Assembly: GCA_034530875.2 (NCBI GenBank)
Contig: JAVRCJ020000001.1
Coordinates: 349,520-413,519, forward strand
Length of the DNA stretch: 64,000 nt
DNA from: Nostoc sp. DedSLP01
Lineage (GTDB): Bacteria > Cyanobacteriota > Cyanobacteriia > Cyanobacteriales > Nostocaceae
Direction: 5' to 3'
In this document: positions 1-10,417 of the stretch, one piece after another
How the letters are laid out: the number at the start of each line of letters is the position of its first letter
Numbering within the stretch: position 1 is the first letter of the stretch
Translations under genes and position numbers: made by a program
The notes under the pieces: model-generated
What the model was told of the DNA's origin: nothing
What the model saw: the letters and a program-made list of their open reading frames with translations, nothing else
The model's database searches: none

Positions 1-42
1 CTAAGTGAATACTTAGGGTTGCGTTTTTAGTTCTACCTAATC

Positions 43-253
43 GCTGACAATGAGTTTTATAATTAGGCGATCGCACAGCTAATCTGAGAAAATGGCATCG
101 AAGAGCGATCGCTCTTTTCGAGATTGCTTTGCTGGCAATGAGTTTTTATAATTGGGCGATCGCACAGCTAATCTGAGAAAATGGTATCAAAGAGCGATCG
201 CACTTTTCGGAGATTGCTTTGCCGACAATGAGTTTTATAATTAGGCGATCGCA
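43..253. repeat. ~88-90 bp tandem repeat, about 2.3 copies, two HIP1 sites per unit
   Basis: Near-identical units (GCTGACAATGAGTTTTATAATTAGGCGATCGCACAGCTAATCTGAGAAAATGG...) start at 43, 131 and 221. Confidence 0.9.
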
Positions 254-326
254 AACATAACCGCCCTTAGTAAAATTATATTAACTACCCCCAAGTAGTT
301 ACTTTGTTTGGACGATCGGGGAGAAA

Positions 327-743
327 ATGCCAGCAAAAGATGTATACCATGATGCGGTTAAAAATGCCTTAATTAAAAATGGTTGGATAATTACAGCCGA
401 TCCTTATCCCATTAAATATGAAGAAGTGAAACTCTTTGCCGATCTGGCTGGTGAAAAAACTATTGCGGCTAGTAGAGAAGGAAAACAAATTGTTATTGAA
501 ATTAAAAGTTTTCTCAGCCGTTCCCCTATGCGTGATTTTGAAACCGCATTAGGTCAGTATCTCATTTATAAAGCTTTTCTTTCTATTGAATATCCTGAAC
601 AAGAATTATATTTGGCAATCGGGGAAGTAATTTATGAAGATTTCTTTCAAAAAGTTGCAATTCAATTAGTTTTGGAAAAGTATCAAGTCTCGTTATTAGT
701 TATTAATATGAAGAAAGAGGAGATTGTGAAATGGATAAGTTAA
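327..743 (+). CDS. xisH: XisH family protein
   Basis: MPAKDVYHDAVKNAL..GW.IT.DP, EIKSF and ALGQY motifs; overlaps XisI. Confidence 0.9.
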   Translation: MPAKDVYHDAVKNALIKNGWIITADPYPIKYEEVKLFADLAGEKTIAASREGKQIVIEIKSFLSRSPMRDFETALGQYLIYKAFLSIEYPEQELYLAIGEVIYEDFFQKVAIQLVLEKYQVSLLVINMKKEEIVKWIS

Positions 744-1072
744 CTCAATATCAAAATTTAATAAAGCAAATATTAACAGAGTATCAAATAATATCTTCAC
801 AAGTTACTGTTGTTGATGTGGATGAAGTGTTAATGTTTGATGATGAAAGAAGTCAATATTTGTGGTTCAATATTGGTTGGAAACAAGGCAAAAGAATTAA
901 AGGAATTTCTGTCTATATTCGCATTAAAAATGAAAAAATTTACATTGAAGAAGATTTGACTGAAGAAGGAATGGCAACTGAGTTAATGGGTTTAGGTGTT
1001 CCTGCTAGTGATATTGTCTTGGCTTTTCAGCCTCCCGAAGCGAGAAAATATACTGAGTTTGCAACGGTTTAA
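731..1072 (+). CDS. xisI: XisI family protein
   Basis: MDKLTQYQNLIK, KIYIEEDLTEEG and GVPASDIVLAFQPP motifs. Confidence 0.9.
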   Translation: MDKLTQYQNLIKQILTEYQIISSQVTVVDVDEVLMFDDERSQYLWFNIGWKQGKRIKGISVYIRIKNEKIYIEEDLTEEGMATELMGLGVPASDIVLAFQPPEARKYTEFATV

Positions 1073-1167
1073 AGATTCGATAAATTGCCAGAATATCTTG
1101 ATACAATTGGTTTGTGCTATTAATAATGGATTTTGCCATTACTTTTAATCATTAAAAGGTGATTTTT

Positions 1168-1392
1168 ATGCAGCAAATTACTTTATCAGAAGCGTCTCAA
1201 CACTTAGGTGACTTCATTGAAGCAGCACTTAATGGTGAGGAAATTATCATCATTAAAGATAATAAACCTGTAGTTAAGTTAATGCCTGTAGAGCCAGTTA
1301 AACGCCGTCCTAAATTCGGTAGTGCCAAAGGTATAGTGACAATTGCTGATGATTTTGATGCCCCTCTAGAAGATTTTCAGGAGTATATGTAA
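1168..1392 (+). CDS. Type II antitoxin, Phd/YefM-like
   Basis: EAALNGEEIII..PVVKL and FGSAKG..DDFDAPLEDF motifs; TAATG overlap with the PIN toxin. Confidence 0.85.
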   Translation: MQQITLSEASQHLGDFIEAALNGEEIIIIKDNKPVVKLMPVEPVKRRPKFGSAKGIVTIADDFDAPLEDFQEYM

Positions 1393-1775
1393 TGCAGCAA
1401 TTACTGGATACTCATATCTTTATTTGGTTTATTATGGGCGACCCAAGAATTAGTAATAACTTGCGAGATCGAATTGAAAATAATGATAATTGCTTAAGTA
1501 TTGCTAGTGTTTGGGAAATGGCAATTAAGCACAGTATTGGCAAACTTAGCTTTAATTTAAATTTTTCCGAGTTTGTCGAACAACAAATAATCATGAATGG
1601 TATTCAATTAGTAGATATCAAAATTGAGCATATTTTAACTGTTTCCCAAATTCCCTTACATCATCGCGATCCATTTGACAGAATGTTGATTGCTCAAGCA
1701 ATAGTGGAAAACATACCTGTGTTAAGTGCTGATACAATATTTGATGCTTATCCAATACAGCGTTTGTGGTCATAA
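1392..1775 (+). CDS. vapC: VapC/PIN-domain toxin
   Basis: LLDTHIFIW, SVWEMAIK and HHRDPFDRMLIAQA PIN motifs. Confidence 0.92.
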   Translation: MQQLLDTHIFIWFIMGDPRISNNLRDRIENNDNCLSIASVWEMAIKHSIGKLSFNLNFSEFVEQQIIMNGIQLVDIKIEHILTVSQIPLHHRDPFDRMLIAQAIVENIPVLSADTIFDAYPIQRLWS

Positions 1776-1835
1776 GCTTCATTAAATTTAGATACATAAA
1801 CTAGATGTTAAACAGCTTATTGTCACTAATGATTC

Positions 1836-2825
1836 CTAAGTTTTGCGTTGATTAACCCAGCGTGCCGCCTCAATAGCAGATGCGAACCGCATAGACACTC
1901 TAAAAACCTGCACTTCTCCTGTATGCGGATTTGTTACTTTGAGGAACTGCTTAGGCTGGACATTAATTCCCTCAACAACACGTAACAACTTGTATTCTTC
2001 CCAAGAGTCAATTTCGACTGCTTTCATTTTTTCAAATATCTTTGTCCAGGCGATATCGTCGAGTTTACGGTTCCGTTGTAGGGTTATTTTACCGTGATGT
2101 GCATTCAGGCTATACCCATCTGCAAAGGCTACGGCAGGTGTATCTTCGCCGTGGAGATGGTTGTCGCTATCAATATTAATTGAGGTGGCATGGTTGGAAA
2201 TAATGGCCATATTCTTAAAGAAAAAAGTCCAGCCGCAATTTTTAACAAAGTCTTCTAAAACTAATAATTGGTTTTCAAATTGATGGTATTTGAAACTATG
2301 AATACAAAATTCAAAATAACTACATCCTGCAATTAAAGTTTCAGGTTTGTGGCAGGAAGAGAATATATTTTTAATTAATTTGCGATCGCGTTTGCCAAAA
2401 TGTTCCTCCAAAACATCTCCCCATTGTATTTCTAGCTGTTCTTGCAGTAACTTTTCATACTCTTTTGCTAGATTATTTTTAAACAATGAATGTAAATTTT
2501 TTTGTAAATTAATAGGTAGTCGCACGAGCAAATATGATTGCAAATTACTGTAGAGTTTGCTCCAGAATGAACTATCTATAATATCATCGAGGATTGTCTC
2601 GGAACCATCTTTGATTAAATTCCAGATGTAAGCGATCGCAGCGTTAGGACTATCAACGATAATTATTTCAGGTTCCCTCAGTTCCAGTGCAGTGTATATT
2701 ACTCGAACTGCATTTGTAGCGTGTTGTTGGTTAATGCGTTCGGTCGATAATCCAATATGTTGCCATTTTTCTCGACATTGGGATATCAATGCACGTTTTT
2801 CTGGTGTCAGATTTTCGGCGGACAT
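1836..2825 (-). CDS. DUF6745-like protein
   Basis: LHGEDTPAVAFADGYSL and C-terminal LKVTNPHTG..FRV..EAARW; resembles the C-terminus of 27446-28144. Confidence 0.65.
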   Translation of the reverse strand: MSAENLTPEKRALISQCREKWQHIGLSTERINQQHATNAVRVIYTALELREPEIIIVDSPNAAIAYIWNLIKDGSETILDDIIDSSFWSKLYSNLQSYLLVRLPINLQKNLHSLFKNNLAKEYEKLLQEQLEIQWGDVLEEHFGKRDRKLIKNIFSSCHKPETLIAGCSYFEFCIHSFKYHQFENQLLVLEDFVKNCGWTFFFKNMAIISNHATSINIDSDNHLHGEDTPAVAFADGYSLNAHHGKITLQRNRKLDDIAWTKIFEKMKAVEIDSWEEYKLLRVVEGINVQPKQFLKVTNPHTGEVQVFRVSMRFASAIEAARWVNQRKT

Positions 2826-2987
2826 AGCAGGTACGCGATACAGTGACTATTTTGTATTAAAGCAGGTTAACTGAAAATTTGGAAATCAAGATATTAACCT
2901 CACTTCAGCATTATAATTTGGCGATCGCATTGAAAATTAAGCTTTTTCTAAACATCAAAAAATGAAAGTTTTTATTATTAAAACTTT

Positions 2988-3018
2988 GTTGGGTTTCGCT
3001 GTCGCTCAACCCAACCTA
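2988..3018. repeat. REP-like short palindrome
   Basis: GTTGGGTT-tcgctgtcgctc-AACCCAAC. Confidence 0.6.
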
Positions 3019-3034
3019 ATATTTTCTATGTCGT

Positions 3035-3409
3035 CTACTGGTTCAACAAGTCAATTGCTCTTTCAATCTCTATCCTCGCTTTGTAGATAGCTAATAACTT
3101 CTCTTGGTCAAATCTATCTGGATAACTCATTCTCCTACCCTCTAGGGAAATTCTAATTAGCGATATTTGCTGGTCGGTCGGTTCACCTATCTCGGTCAGC
3201 ACCGTACTAAGGGTTTCCATACACGCCAGGTTAGGTAACTTCAACCCTTTACCTGCTCTCAACTGCTGTAAGGCGATTTGACCAAAGGACTGGAGTAAGG
3301 CGATATATCCGGCTTTTCCGGATGCACCGATGATGTTAATACCGTATCTGCGGCACAAATTACGCAATTCAGGGATGGATTGAAGTTCTAATTCGCTTCT
3401 AGTGAACAT
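3035..3409 (-). CDS. Hypothetical protein with an N-terminal SAP/Rho-N-like helix pair
   Basis: SIPELRNLCRRYGI..G.KAGYIALL motif; ATG at 3409 preferred over TTG at 3478. Confidence 0.6.
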   Translation of the reverse strand: MFTRSELELQSIPELRNLCRRYGINIIGASGKAGYIALLQSFGQIALQQLRAGKGLKLPNLACMETLSTVLTEIGEPTDQQISLIRISLEGRRMSYPDRFDQEKLLAIYKARIEIERAIDLLNQ

Positions 3410-3534
3410 AAAATGAAAGTGTTCATTCTCAAAAAGTGGACATTGGTAGCTGGAACTTTCCACGGCTACAGCTACCAATAGAACTCTATTCTTTTGTTAA
3501 CAGAACATTCAAGCTATATTCACGTTTCTCAACA

Positions 3535-3723
3535 ATGCCTAACCCAAAAGGGAACCCTCAGAATTTTGAACCAATTAAATCAACTAGAGACGAACAGTTA
3601 ACTGAGCAATTAAACTTTCGTGTCACTAAAGAGATGAAAGAAGAAGTCAAGGCAAAAGAAGACCCTCCTGAGTTCTGTCGTCGCGCTATCCAGAAAGCAC
3701 TGGATGAAGATAAACAAAAGTAG
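3535..3723 (+). CDS. Small ribbon-helix-helix/CopG-like protein
   Basis: QLNFRVTKEMKEEV...EFCRRAIQKAL pattern. Confidence 0.6.
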   Translation: MPNPKGNPQNFEPIKSTRDEQLTEQLNFRVTKEMKEEVKAKEDPPEFCRRAIQKALDEDKQK

Positions 3724-3798
3724 AAAAAATGTGTTTATGCATTCTGAATTCTGAGTTCTGAATTCTGATTTATTGATGTCATTCCCAGCATAGTGAAT

Positions 3799-4377
3799 AT
3801 GACAGCGATCGCTATTAAATTAAACTCCATCATCCAGCTCACCGACAACCAATTTTATCAACTTTGTCGGGAAAACCCTGAAATCAAATTTGAACGCAAC
3901 GCCGCCGGAGAACTTCTCATCATGTCACCCACAGGTGGAGAAACTGGAAATTGTAATTTTGAAATTTCTGTTGAGTTCGGAATTTGGAATCGTCAAACTC
4001 AATTAGGAATTTGCTTTGATTCTTCCACCTGCTTTAAACTCCCTAATGGTGCTAATCGTTCTCCTGATGTTGCTTGGATAAAAAAAGAACGCTGGAATGC
4101 ACTCACACCCGAACAAAAAGAAAAGTTTCCCCCAATTGCCCCAGATTTTGTTTTGGAGTTAATGTCACCCAGCGATACTTTACGAGAAACGCAAGAAAAA
4201 ATGCGGGAATATATTGATAATGGAGTCAAATTAGCTTGGTTAATTAATCCTAAAATGCGTCAGGTTGAAATTTATCGTCTTGGTCAACCAGTGGAAATAT
4301 TAACATCTCCACAACAATTATCAGGCGAAGATATTTTACCAGGATTTATTTTAAATTTGTCAATCATCTGGAGGTAA
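3799..4377 (+). CDS. Uma2 family (DUF820) endonuclease-fold protein, copy 1
   Basis: SPDVAW, PDFVLELMSPSD, KMREYIDNGV. Confidence 0.93.
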   Translation: MTAIAIKLNSIIQLTDNQFYQLCRENPEIKFERNAAGELLIMSPTGGETGNCNFEISVEFGIWNRQTQLGICFDSSTCFKLPNGANRSPDVAWIKKERWNALTPEQKEKFPPIAPDFVLELMSPSDTLRETQEKMREYIDNGVKLAWLINPKMRQVEIYRLGQPVEILTSPQQLSGEDILPGFILNLSIIWR

Positions 4378-4387
4378 AGATTGATTT

Positions 4388-4966
4388 ATGACAGCGATCG
4401 CTATTAAATTAAACTCCATCATCCAACTCACCGACAACCAATTTTATCAACTCTGCCGGGAAAACCCTGAAATCAAATTTGAACGCAACGCAGCCGGAGA
4501 ACTTCTCATCATGTCACCCACAGGTGGAGAAACTGGAAATATTAATTCAGAAATTAGTGCTGATTTTGTGTTTTGGAATCGTCAAACTCAATTAGGAATT
4601 TGTTTCGATTCTTCCACCTGTTTTAAACTGCCCAATGGTGCTAATCGTTCTCCTGATGTTGCTTGGATAAAAAAAGAACGCTGGGATGCACTCACGCCCG
4701 AACAAAAAGAAAAGTTTCCCCCAATTGCCCCAGATTTTGTTTTGGAGTTAATGTCACCCAGCGATACTTTGCGAGAAACCCAAGAAAAAATGCAGGAATA
4801 TATCGATAATGGAGTCAAATTAGGTTGGTTAATTAATTTTAAAATGCGTCAGGTTGGAATTTATCGTCTCGATCAACCAGTGGAAATATTAACATCTCCA
4901 CAGGAATTATCAGGAGAAGATGTGTTACCAGGATTTATTTTAAATTTGTCAATCATCTGGAAATAA
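4388..4966 (+). CDS. Uma2 family protein, copy 2 (tandem duplicate)
   Basis: Near-identical to copy 1 at an offset of 589 nt. Confidence 0.93.
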   Translation: MTAIAIKLNSIIQLTDNQFYQLCRENPEIKFERNAAGELLIMSPTGGETGNINSEISADFVFWNRQTQLGICFDSSTCFKLPNGANRSPDVAWIKKERWDALTPEQKEKFPPIAPDFVLELMSPSDTLRETQEKMQEYIDNGVKLGWLINFKMRQVGIYRLDQPVEILTSPQELSGEDVLPGFILNLSIIWK

Positions 4967-4967
4967 G

Positions 4968-4998
4968 CAAAAAGGGCATCCATGCAGGACACCCTTTA
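4968..4998. terminator. Probable terminator between the convergent Uma2 and chlB genes
   Basis: Imperfect hairpin AAAAAGGGCATCC-atgca-GGACACCCTTT with A/T tails. Confidence 0.5.
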
Positions 4999-5024
4999 AT
5001 TTAAACAATTATTAACTTTGGAAT

Positions 5025-6551
5025 TTATGCTCCAACAGCTTCTTTGGCTGCGTATAATACCTCAGTTGATATTTCTTTGATGCCACGATCGCGGGCAAAT
5101 TTCTCAGTATTTCGCTTCACTTTCCCGCGCACAAATCCCGGAATTTTATTCAATTCTGCTTGACCATCTTTTGTCCAAGTCAAATCGGAGTCAGCAGAAA
5201 TTCCTTTAGTAATTACTTCCTTAGTATCGTGACCTCCGAAGATTTCTAACAGATGATCTTCCATTCCTAAAGTGAAGGAATTGTAGATTAAATCTGTAAT
5301 TTGATTTGTACCTTCGTAACCCATAAATGGCTTGTAACCAATGGGGAAATTTTGGATGTGGATGGGTGCTGCAATTACGCCGCAAGGAATATCCAAGCGT
5401 TTACCAACGTGGCGTTCCATTTGCGTGCCGAAAATAGCTGAGGGTTCGACGCGGGCGATCGCATCGCCAATTGCGCCATGATCGTCTGTAATCAGCACTT
5501 CATCGCAATATTCGCTCACCTGTTCGCGGAACCAGTCGGCATCATATTTGCAGTAAGTTCCAGCCCAAACTACGTGAATCCCCATTTCCCGGGACAAAAT
5601 TTTGGTGATGGCGGCGGCGTGGGTGTTGTCGCCAAATACCACTGCTTTTTTACCAGTCAAGTTTTGACAGTCAATGGAACGGGAGAACCAAGCAGCTTGG
5701 GATACGTGTAAAGTTTGCTCGTTTATGAACTCTTCGTAGTCTACATTAGCACCTTGGACGTTAATTACCTGCTGAATTTTGCGGATACAACGAGCAGTTT
5801 CCACTACACCCATCGGTGTAATGTCTATGTAGGGCGTTCCGAATTCTGCTTCTAAGTAACGAGCCGCAGCCAAGCCGAGTTCGCGGTAAGGTACTAGGTT
5901 AAACCAAGCTTGGGGCATTTTCTTCAATTCGTTAACTGAAGCGCCTTCAGGAATTACGGTATTGACTTCAATTCCCAAGTCAGCCATTAACCGCTTGAGT
6001 TCGGTGGAGTCGTGCTGGTTGTGGAAACCAAGGGTAGAAATACCGATGATGTTAACGGATGGCTTTTCGGTTTTGCCTTGTGGTAATTCGCCTTTTTTGC
6101 GGGCTTTCTCAATGTAGAATTGCACAATTTGGTGCAGAGTGCGATCGGCTGCTTGCAGTTCGTTGTAGCGGTAGTGGTTCACATCTGCCAGCATGACATC
6201 GCCTTTGGCTTCCAGCTGCGCCCGTTCCACAAAGTTGTGTAAGTCTTCTTGCAAAATACTAGAAGTGCAGGTGGGAGTTAACACAATTAAATCTGGGCGT
6301 TCTTCGGCATCTTTGCGAGTGATGTTATCTACCACCTTTTCCTGGGAACCACGTGCCAAAACATTGCGATCGACAACGCTGGTTGTGACTGGGGTGAAGT
6401 TCCTCTCCCGTTCTAACATGGAGCGCATAACGTTGAAGTAGTCATCGCCTAATGGCGCGTGCATGATTGCATGAACGTTTTTGAAAGAACTGGCAATTCG
6501 GAGAGTGCCGATATGGGCTGGGCCTGCATACATCCAGTAAGCCAATTTCAT
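5025..6551 (-). CDS. chlB: Light-independent protochlorophyllide reductase subunit B
   Basis: [24 protein letters not shown] and C-terminal [10 protein letters not shown]. Confidence 0.98.
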   Translation of the reverse strand: MKLAYWMYAGPAHIGTLRIASSFKNVHAIMHAPLGDDYFNVMRSMLERERNFTPVTTSVVDRNVLARGSQEKVVDNITRKDAEERPDLIVLTPTCTSSILQEDLHNFVERAQLEAKGDVMLADVNHYRYNELQAADRTLHQIVQFYIEKARKKGELPQGKTEKPSVNIIGISTLGFHNQHDSTELKRLMADLGIEVNTVIPEGASVNELKKMPQAWFNLVPYRELGLAAARYLEAEFGTPYIDITPMGVVETARCIRKIQQVINVQGANVDYEEFINEQTLHVSQAAWFSRSIDCQNLTGKKAVVFGDNTHAAAITKILSREMGIHVVWAGTYCKYDADWFREQVSEYCDEVLITDDHGAIGDAIARVEPSAIFGTQMERHVGKRLDIPCGVIAAPIHIQNFPIGYKPFMGYEGTNQITDLIYNSFTLGMEDHLLEIFGGHDTKEVITKGISADSDLTWTKDGQAELNKIPGFVRGKVKRNTEKFARDRGIKEISTEVLYAAKEAVGA

Positions 6552-6829
6552 CTGTATCTTCTCCCTGTCCAACTTAAATAACACAAAGTCCCATTAGCAG
6601 TGGACTATAAGTGTATGATTACTAAATTAAATCGCTTTTGATTGTCTCAAAACTTGTATTCCGAAAGAAGTGGGCGATTTTGCAAATTTTGCCTTAAGTG
6701 CGATCGCCGAAATCTCCTTCCTGATTAGAATCTAGCTTCTGATTTTCACAACATTACTATTGCTTATTTAAAATAAATCTTAATTTTTGAGTAAACTTTG
6801 TTATCAATTTGGGGCAGTGTGTTAAATAT

Positions 6830-7453
6830 TTAGGCGATCGCACCAGCACGAAAAATCTCTTCGGCAGTCAAATTTAAGTCCGGGAAGGTTGGCGATTGAA
6901 CGCGATCGCCGCCACGGAACTGACTAACTTGGTATTCACCTTCTATCAAACAGTAAATCGATATAGTTGCTTGTTTAGGGTTGCCAATAAAGCGCCTACC
7001 ACCTAAAGCTGCATAATCTACAATCCAGTATTCTGGTATGCCTATTGCCTCATAGTCAGCTACTTTTTTTAAATAATCATCTCTCCAGTTAGTACTAACT
7101 ACCTCAATGACCAACGGAATAGATGCTGCTTGACTAACAGTTGATTCTTTTTTCCACAGAAGTTCATTAGCTAAATTCGGCCGATTTAATATCGGGATAT
7201 CTGGTGAGTAAGCTGATTCACCCTCTGTTGATTTAATAAATACTGTTTTGGGTATGAAATAAGGTAAGTTTAAGCGCTTATATTCTGTAACAATTTCTCC
7301 AACTAAAAATCCAATTACCTCTTCATGCTCCCCTGTTAGTGGTGACACTTCAATAATTACTCCATTGTGCAATTCATAGCGTCGCTGTGGGTTTTCTGGA
7401 TACCAATCAACAAATTCATCAAATGTAACTAGTTGGCGTAAAGTTTGAGTCAT
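6830..7453 (-). CDS. Uma2 family protein
   Basis: RYELHNG, EVVSTNWRDDY, GIPEYWIVD. Confidence 0.92.
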   Translation of the reverse strand: MTQTLRQLVTFDEFVDWYPENPQRRYELHNGVIIEVSPLTGEHEEVIGFLVGEIVTEYKRLNLPYFIPKTVFIKSTEGESAYSPDIPILNRPNLANELLWKKESTVSQAASIPLVIEVVSTNWRDDYLKKVADYEAIGIPEYWIVDYAALGGRRFIGNPKQATISIYCLIEGEYQVSQFRGGDRVQSPTFPDLNLTAEEIFRAGAIA

Positions 7454-7523
7454 GATTTATTCCTCGACTGTTGACTGTTGACTGTTAATGGTTAACAGTC
7501 AACAGAAACGGACACGATATTAG

Positions 7524-8093
7524 TTACTGCCGAAAAATTTCTACTTTTTCTAACACTACCTCTTGATTGGGACGGTCTCTAGTTGTAGGTACATTAGCGA
7601 TGCGGTTGACTACATCTAAACCTTCAACAACTTTACCAAAAACACTATGTTTGCCATCAAGATAAGGTGTTGCTACTTCTGTAATGAACCATTGCGAACC
7701 ATTAGTACCGGGCCCTGCATTTGCCATTGAGAGGATACCAGCACTAGAGTGTTTCAACTCTGGATGAAACTCATCTTCAAATCTATATCCAGGGCCACCA
7801 GTACCCCAGCGGTTAGCCATATCCAGATAACGACTCAGGGGATCGCCGCACTGAATCATAAATTCAGGGATGACTCGGTGAAAGCGAACTCCATCATAAG
7901 CAGGAGTACCCTTGAGAGATTGACCGGTTTTAGGGTCTTTCCAATCGATTGTTCCAGTTGCTAGACCGACAAAGTTCTTGACAGTATTGGGAGTTTTTTC
8001 TTCTTCTAAACGTACTACAATTTCGCCCAAGGAAGTAATTAAACGAGCGTGAAGGTTGCCATTACCGGGAATATTAATTTCTGGAAAATTCAT
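7524..8093 (-). CDS. Cyclophilin-type peptidyl-prolyl isomerase
   Basis: [39 protein letters not shown]. Confidence 0.95.
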   Translation of the reverse strand: MNFPEINIPGNGNLHARLITSLGEIVVRLEEEKTPNTVKNFVGLATGTIDWKDPKTGQSLKGTPAYDGVRFHRVIPEFMIQCGDPLSRYLDMANRWGTGGPGYRFEDEFHPELKHSSAGILSMANAGPGTNGSQWFITEVATPYLDGKHSVFGKVVEGLDVVNRIANVPTTRDRPNQEVVLEKVEIFRQ

Positions 8094-8344
8094 GAAGTAT
8101 CCTATAAATGAAAATTGCAAGTGTTTGAGCTTAGCTCAGGCGATCGCTCGTAATTATTAATTCGTAATTACTTGGTGAAACACCACACCAAAATCTCTGT
8201 TTTTGGAGTTTTGAATTAGTTAAGATTTAAATCTTGAGCTAATTCAATTATGAATTACGAATTACGAATTACGAATTATTTTAAGTTACAGGTGTACAGA
8301 TTACCAAAAAATTCAACCAAAAAAACTTAAGAAAAAAAAATACT

Positions 8345-10327
8345 TTACTCTGCCAAATTAATGGCTGGATTGCGGTGAAAGAATCCTCTAGGTACTAGCT
8401 TAAATCCAACTCGGTGAGTTGGCATCACAGGCCAATCTTCCGATCGCGGAATATGAGTTACCCCCATCGTGTACCATAACACAATATCTTCACCCATCAA
8501 CGATTCATCATCTGCAATATATTTAGGTAAACCCTCTCCTGGGTGAGTTTGATTCGGATAATCGCCGCCAGCATAGAGTTCGCCAGGTTTATATTTTGTT
8601 ACCCAAACATGGTGTGTGGCAAATTCTGCTCGTTGCCGAATTTTTGAGCCTTCCACAGGTAAAAAGGTAGAATTTCCTTCTGGCATCAGCATATATCCAG
8701 GTGCAGCACCGAGAGCATTCTTTTTATCTGTACTCACAATCATCCATTCTCGACTGTGCTTCATATCTAAATCGCGCACAGCAGCCGTTTCTTTGGTTAA
8801 TGATTTTTCTATCATTACCATCGCATTTCCTAAAGGATTTTTTTCATCTATCGGTAAAGCATTAACGTTCATTTCCATTACGGAATTAGCTTTACCATCT
8901 ACATCAAAATCTAAGCGATAGTTGAAAAAATGCTGGTGATTTACTCCTATAATATTTTTGGCAATTAGCTCACCATACAAATTTTCTGGGGATTTTTTTT
9001 CGGCAGCTGTTCCCTGTGCCAGAACAATACCTGTTAATTCGTTTTGTACTTCTAAAGTTCCATCTTGGCGAAATATCCAATTAATACCGTAATCGTAGTT
9101 ATCAATTGCTACCGTCATCGTCATCACTAATTCGCGATCGCGACGGACATCATTACGTTGAGTATTATAGTCATAATGCTTCCAGAGAATGCCGCGATCG
9201 CGTTCGTAGATACCGATAACCCCTGGTATTTTGTAAGGTTCTCCCTGTTCGTTAGCAAATACTGCATCTAATAAAAGACCATTCTCAGGAATTTCCTTAC
9301 CTAATTCCATCTTATTTGCTAATAAGCCAAGGTTGTATTCTCCAGCATCAAATGCATTCCTAAATGACCAATTAGGATTCGGATCGCCATAAGGAATTAC
9401 CATTTCTGAAAGGCTAGCACGATATAAAACTGGTCGGACATTTTCGCCATCTTTGTATGTCACTTGGTACAGCATCAATCCACTACGGGGATGCATTAAA
9501 TAGCGAAAATTCCATCCTTGCCAGGTAATTTGATTATCGTGAATTTGGAAAGTTTTACCATTAGGTTGAAGAATCTTGAATAGTTTGGGTGCTGACAGTA
9601 ATTTACCCAAAGATTTCACATCATAGTTCCAATTTTCTTGAGAAAAGGGGATTTTATTACTATCAACAACGCTGACGACTTTACCTGTATTCAAATTGAC
9701 AGTTGCGATGACTCCTTCAATTGGGCTACCGTAATAATTCCAGCGTTCGCCTTTATAGTAAAATAAACCGCGACAAAGACGATCGCCTGTTTTTTCTTCC
9801 TCTTCGCTGAGGATTCCTGGTGCCCACCAACTAATTTTAACTTCCTCAAAATCGGTAATTCCCCGCCTTCGCATTGCTGCTTGCCATTGGGGCTCGGCTT
9901 TGACTACCTGCGTTGCTAGTTCGTATTCTGAACTCACGAGTGCAGGTTGTGCAGAGGGGATTTGTTTCCACGAACTTAAGGTTTTGCTTGTTAAATCAAC
10001 AACTCCCTCAAAGGTTTTGTTTTGGAAGCGCTCATAAATTACCAAAAAAGCTTGACGTTTGAAAACTTTACTAGGCGTAAAATTTAGAACTTCTTCTTTA
10101 TCTGGTTCTTGTAAAGCGATAAGTGAAAAAGCTGCTATTTCGCTCAGAGTTTTTGCTCTTTTCACAACCGAAACAGCTGTAGTAATTTCTGCCTCTGTTA
10201 ACGCACTTAAAGGATGGGAATTTGAAACCTGCTGAGCAGATAATTTCCCCATTAATCCAAATGAAATATAAATGGCAACAATGATGGCAATAACTAGCCA
10301 AAAAAAATACCTTAGCCGTTTAATCAT
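8345..10327 (-). CDS. Copper-containing primary amine oxidase (TynA-like), probably exported
   Basis: TPQ consensus NYD, HQH copper ligands, HIPRSEDWPVMP, N-terminal hydrophobic signal. Confidence 0.93.
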   Translation of the reverse strand: MIKRLRYFFWLVIAIIVAIYISFGLMGKLSAQQVSNSHPLSALTEAEITTAVSVVKRAKTLSEIAAFSLIALQEPDKEEVLNFTPSKVFKRQAFLVIYERFQNKTFEGVVDLTSKTLSSWKQIPSAQPALVSSEYELATQVVKAEPQWQAAMRRRGITDFEEVKISWWAPGILSEEEEKTGDRLCRGLFYYKGERWNYYGSPIEGVIATVNLNTGKVVSVVDSNKIPFSQENWNYDVKSLGKLLSAPKLFKILQPNGKTFQIHDNQITWQGWNFRYLMHPRSGLMLYQVTYKDGENVRPVLYRASLSEMVIPYGDPNPNWSFRNAFDAGEYNLGLLANKMELGKEIPENGLLLDAVFANEQGEPYKIPGVIGIYERDRGILWKHYDYNTQRNDVRRDRELVMTMTVAIDNYDYGINWIFRQDGTLEVQNELTGIVLAQGTAAEKKSPENLYGELIAKNIIGVNHQHFFNYRLDFDVDGKANSVMEMNVNALPIDEKNPLGNAMVMIEKSLTKETAAVRDLDMKHSREWMIVSTDKKNALGAAPGYMLMPEGNSTFLPVEGSKIRQRAEFATHHVWVTKYKPGELYAGGDYPNQTHPGEGLPKYIADDESLMGEDIVLWYTMGVTHIPRSEDWPVMPTHRVGFKLVPRGFFHRNPAINLAE

Positions 10328-10417
10328 CTTTTACATTCTGACAAAAGACGTGATACTTATCTATTTCCACGTATAAGCCTGAAAACCGATAAATTCAGAG
10401 GCTAAAGGTAAATTAAT

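Noticed and set aside
43..253. Possible CRISPR array
   Set aside because: The whole unit repeats, there are no unique spacers, and no cas genes are present
327..1072. fdxN-type excision element
   Set aside because: No XisF-like recombinase or interrupted gene is visible; stand-alone xisHI pairs are common
3952..4573. DGR template/variable repeat pair in the Uma2 duplicates
   Set aside because: Differences are not adenine-specific, both copies are full genes, and no reverse transcriptase is in the window
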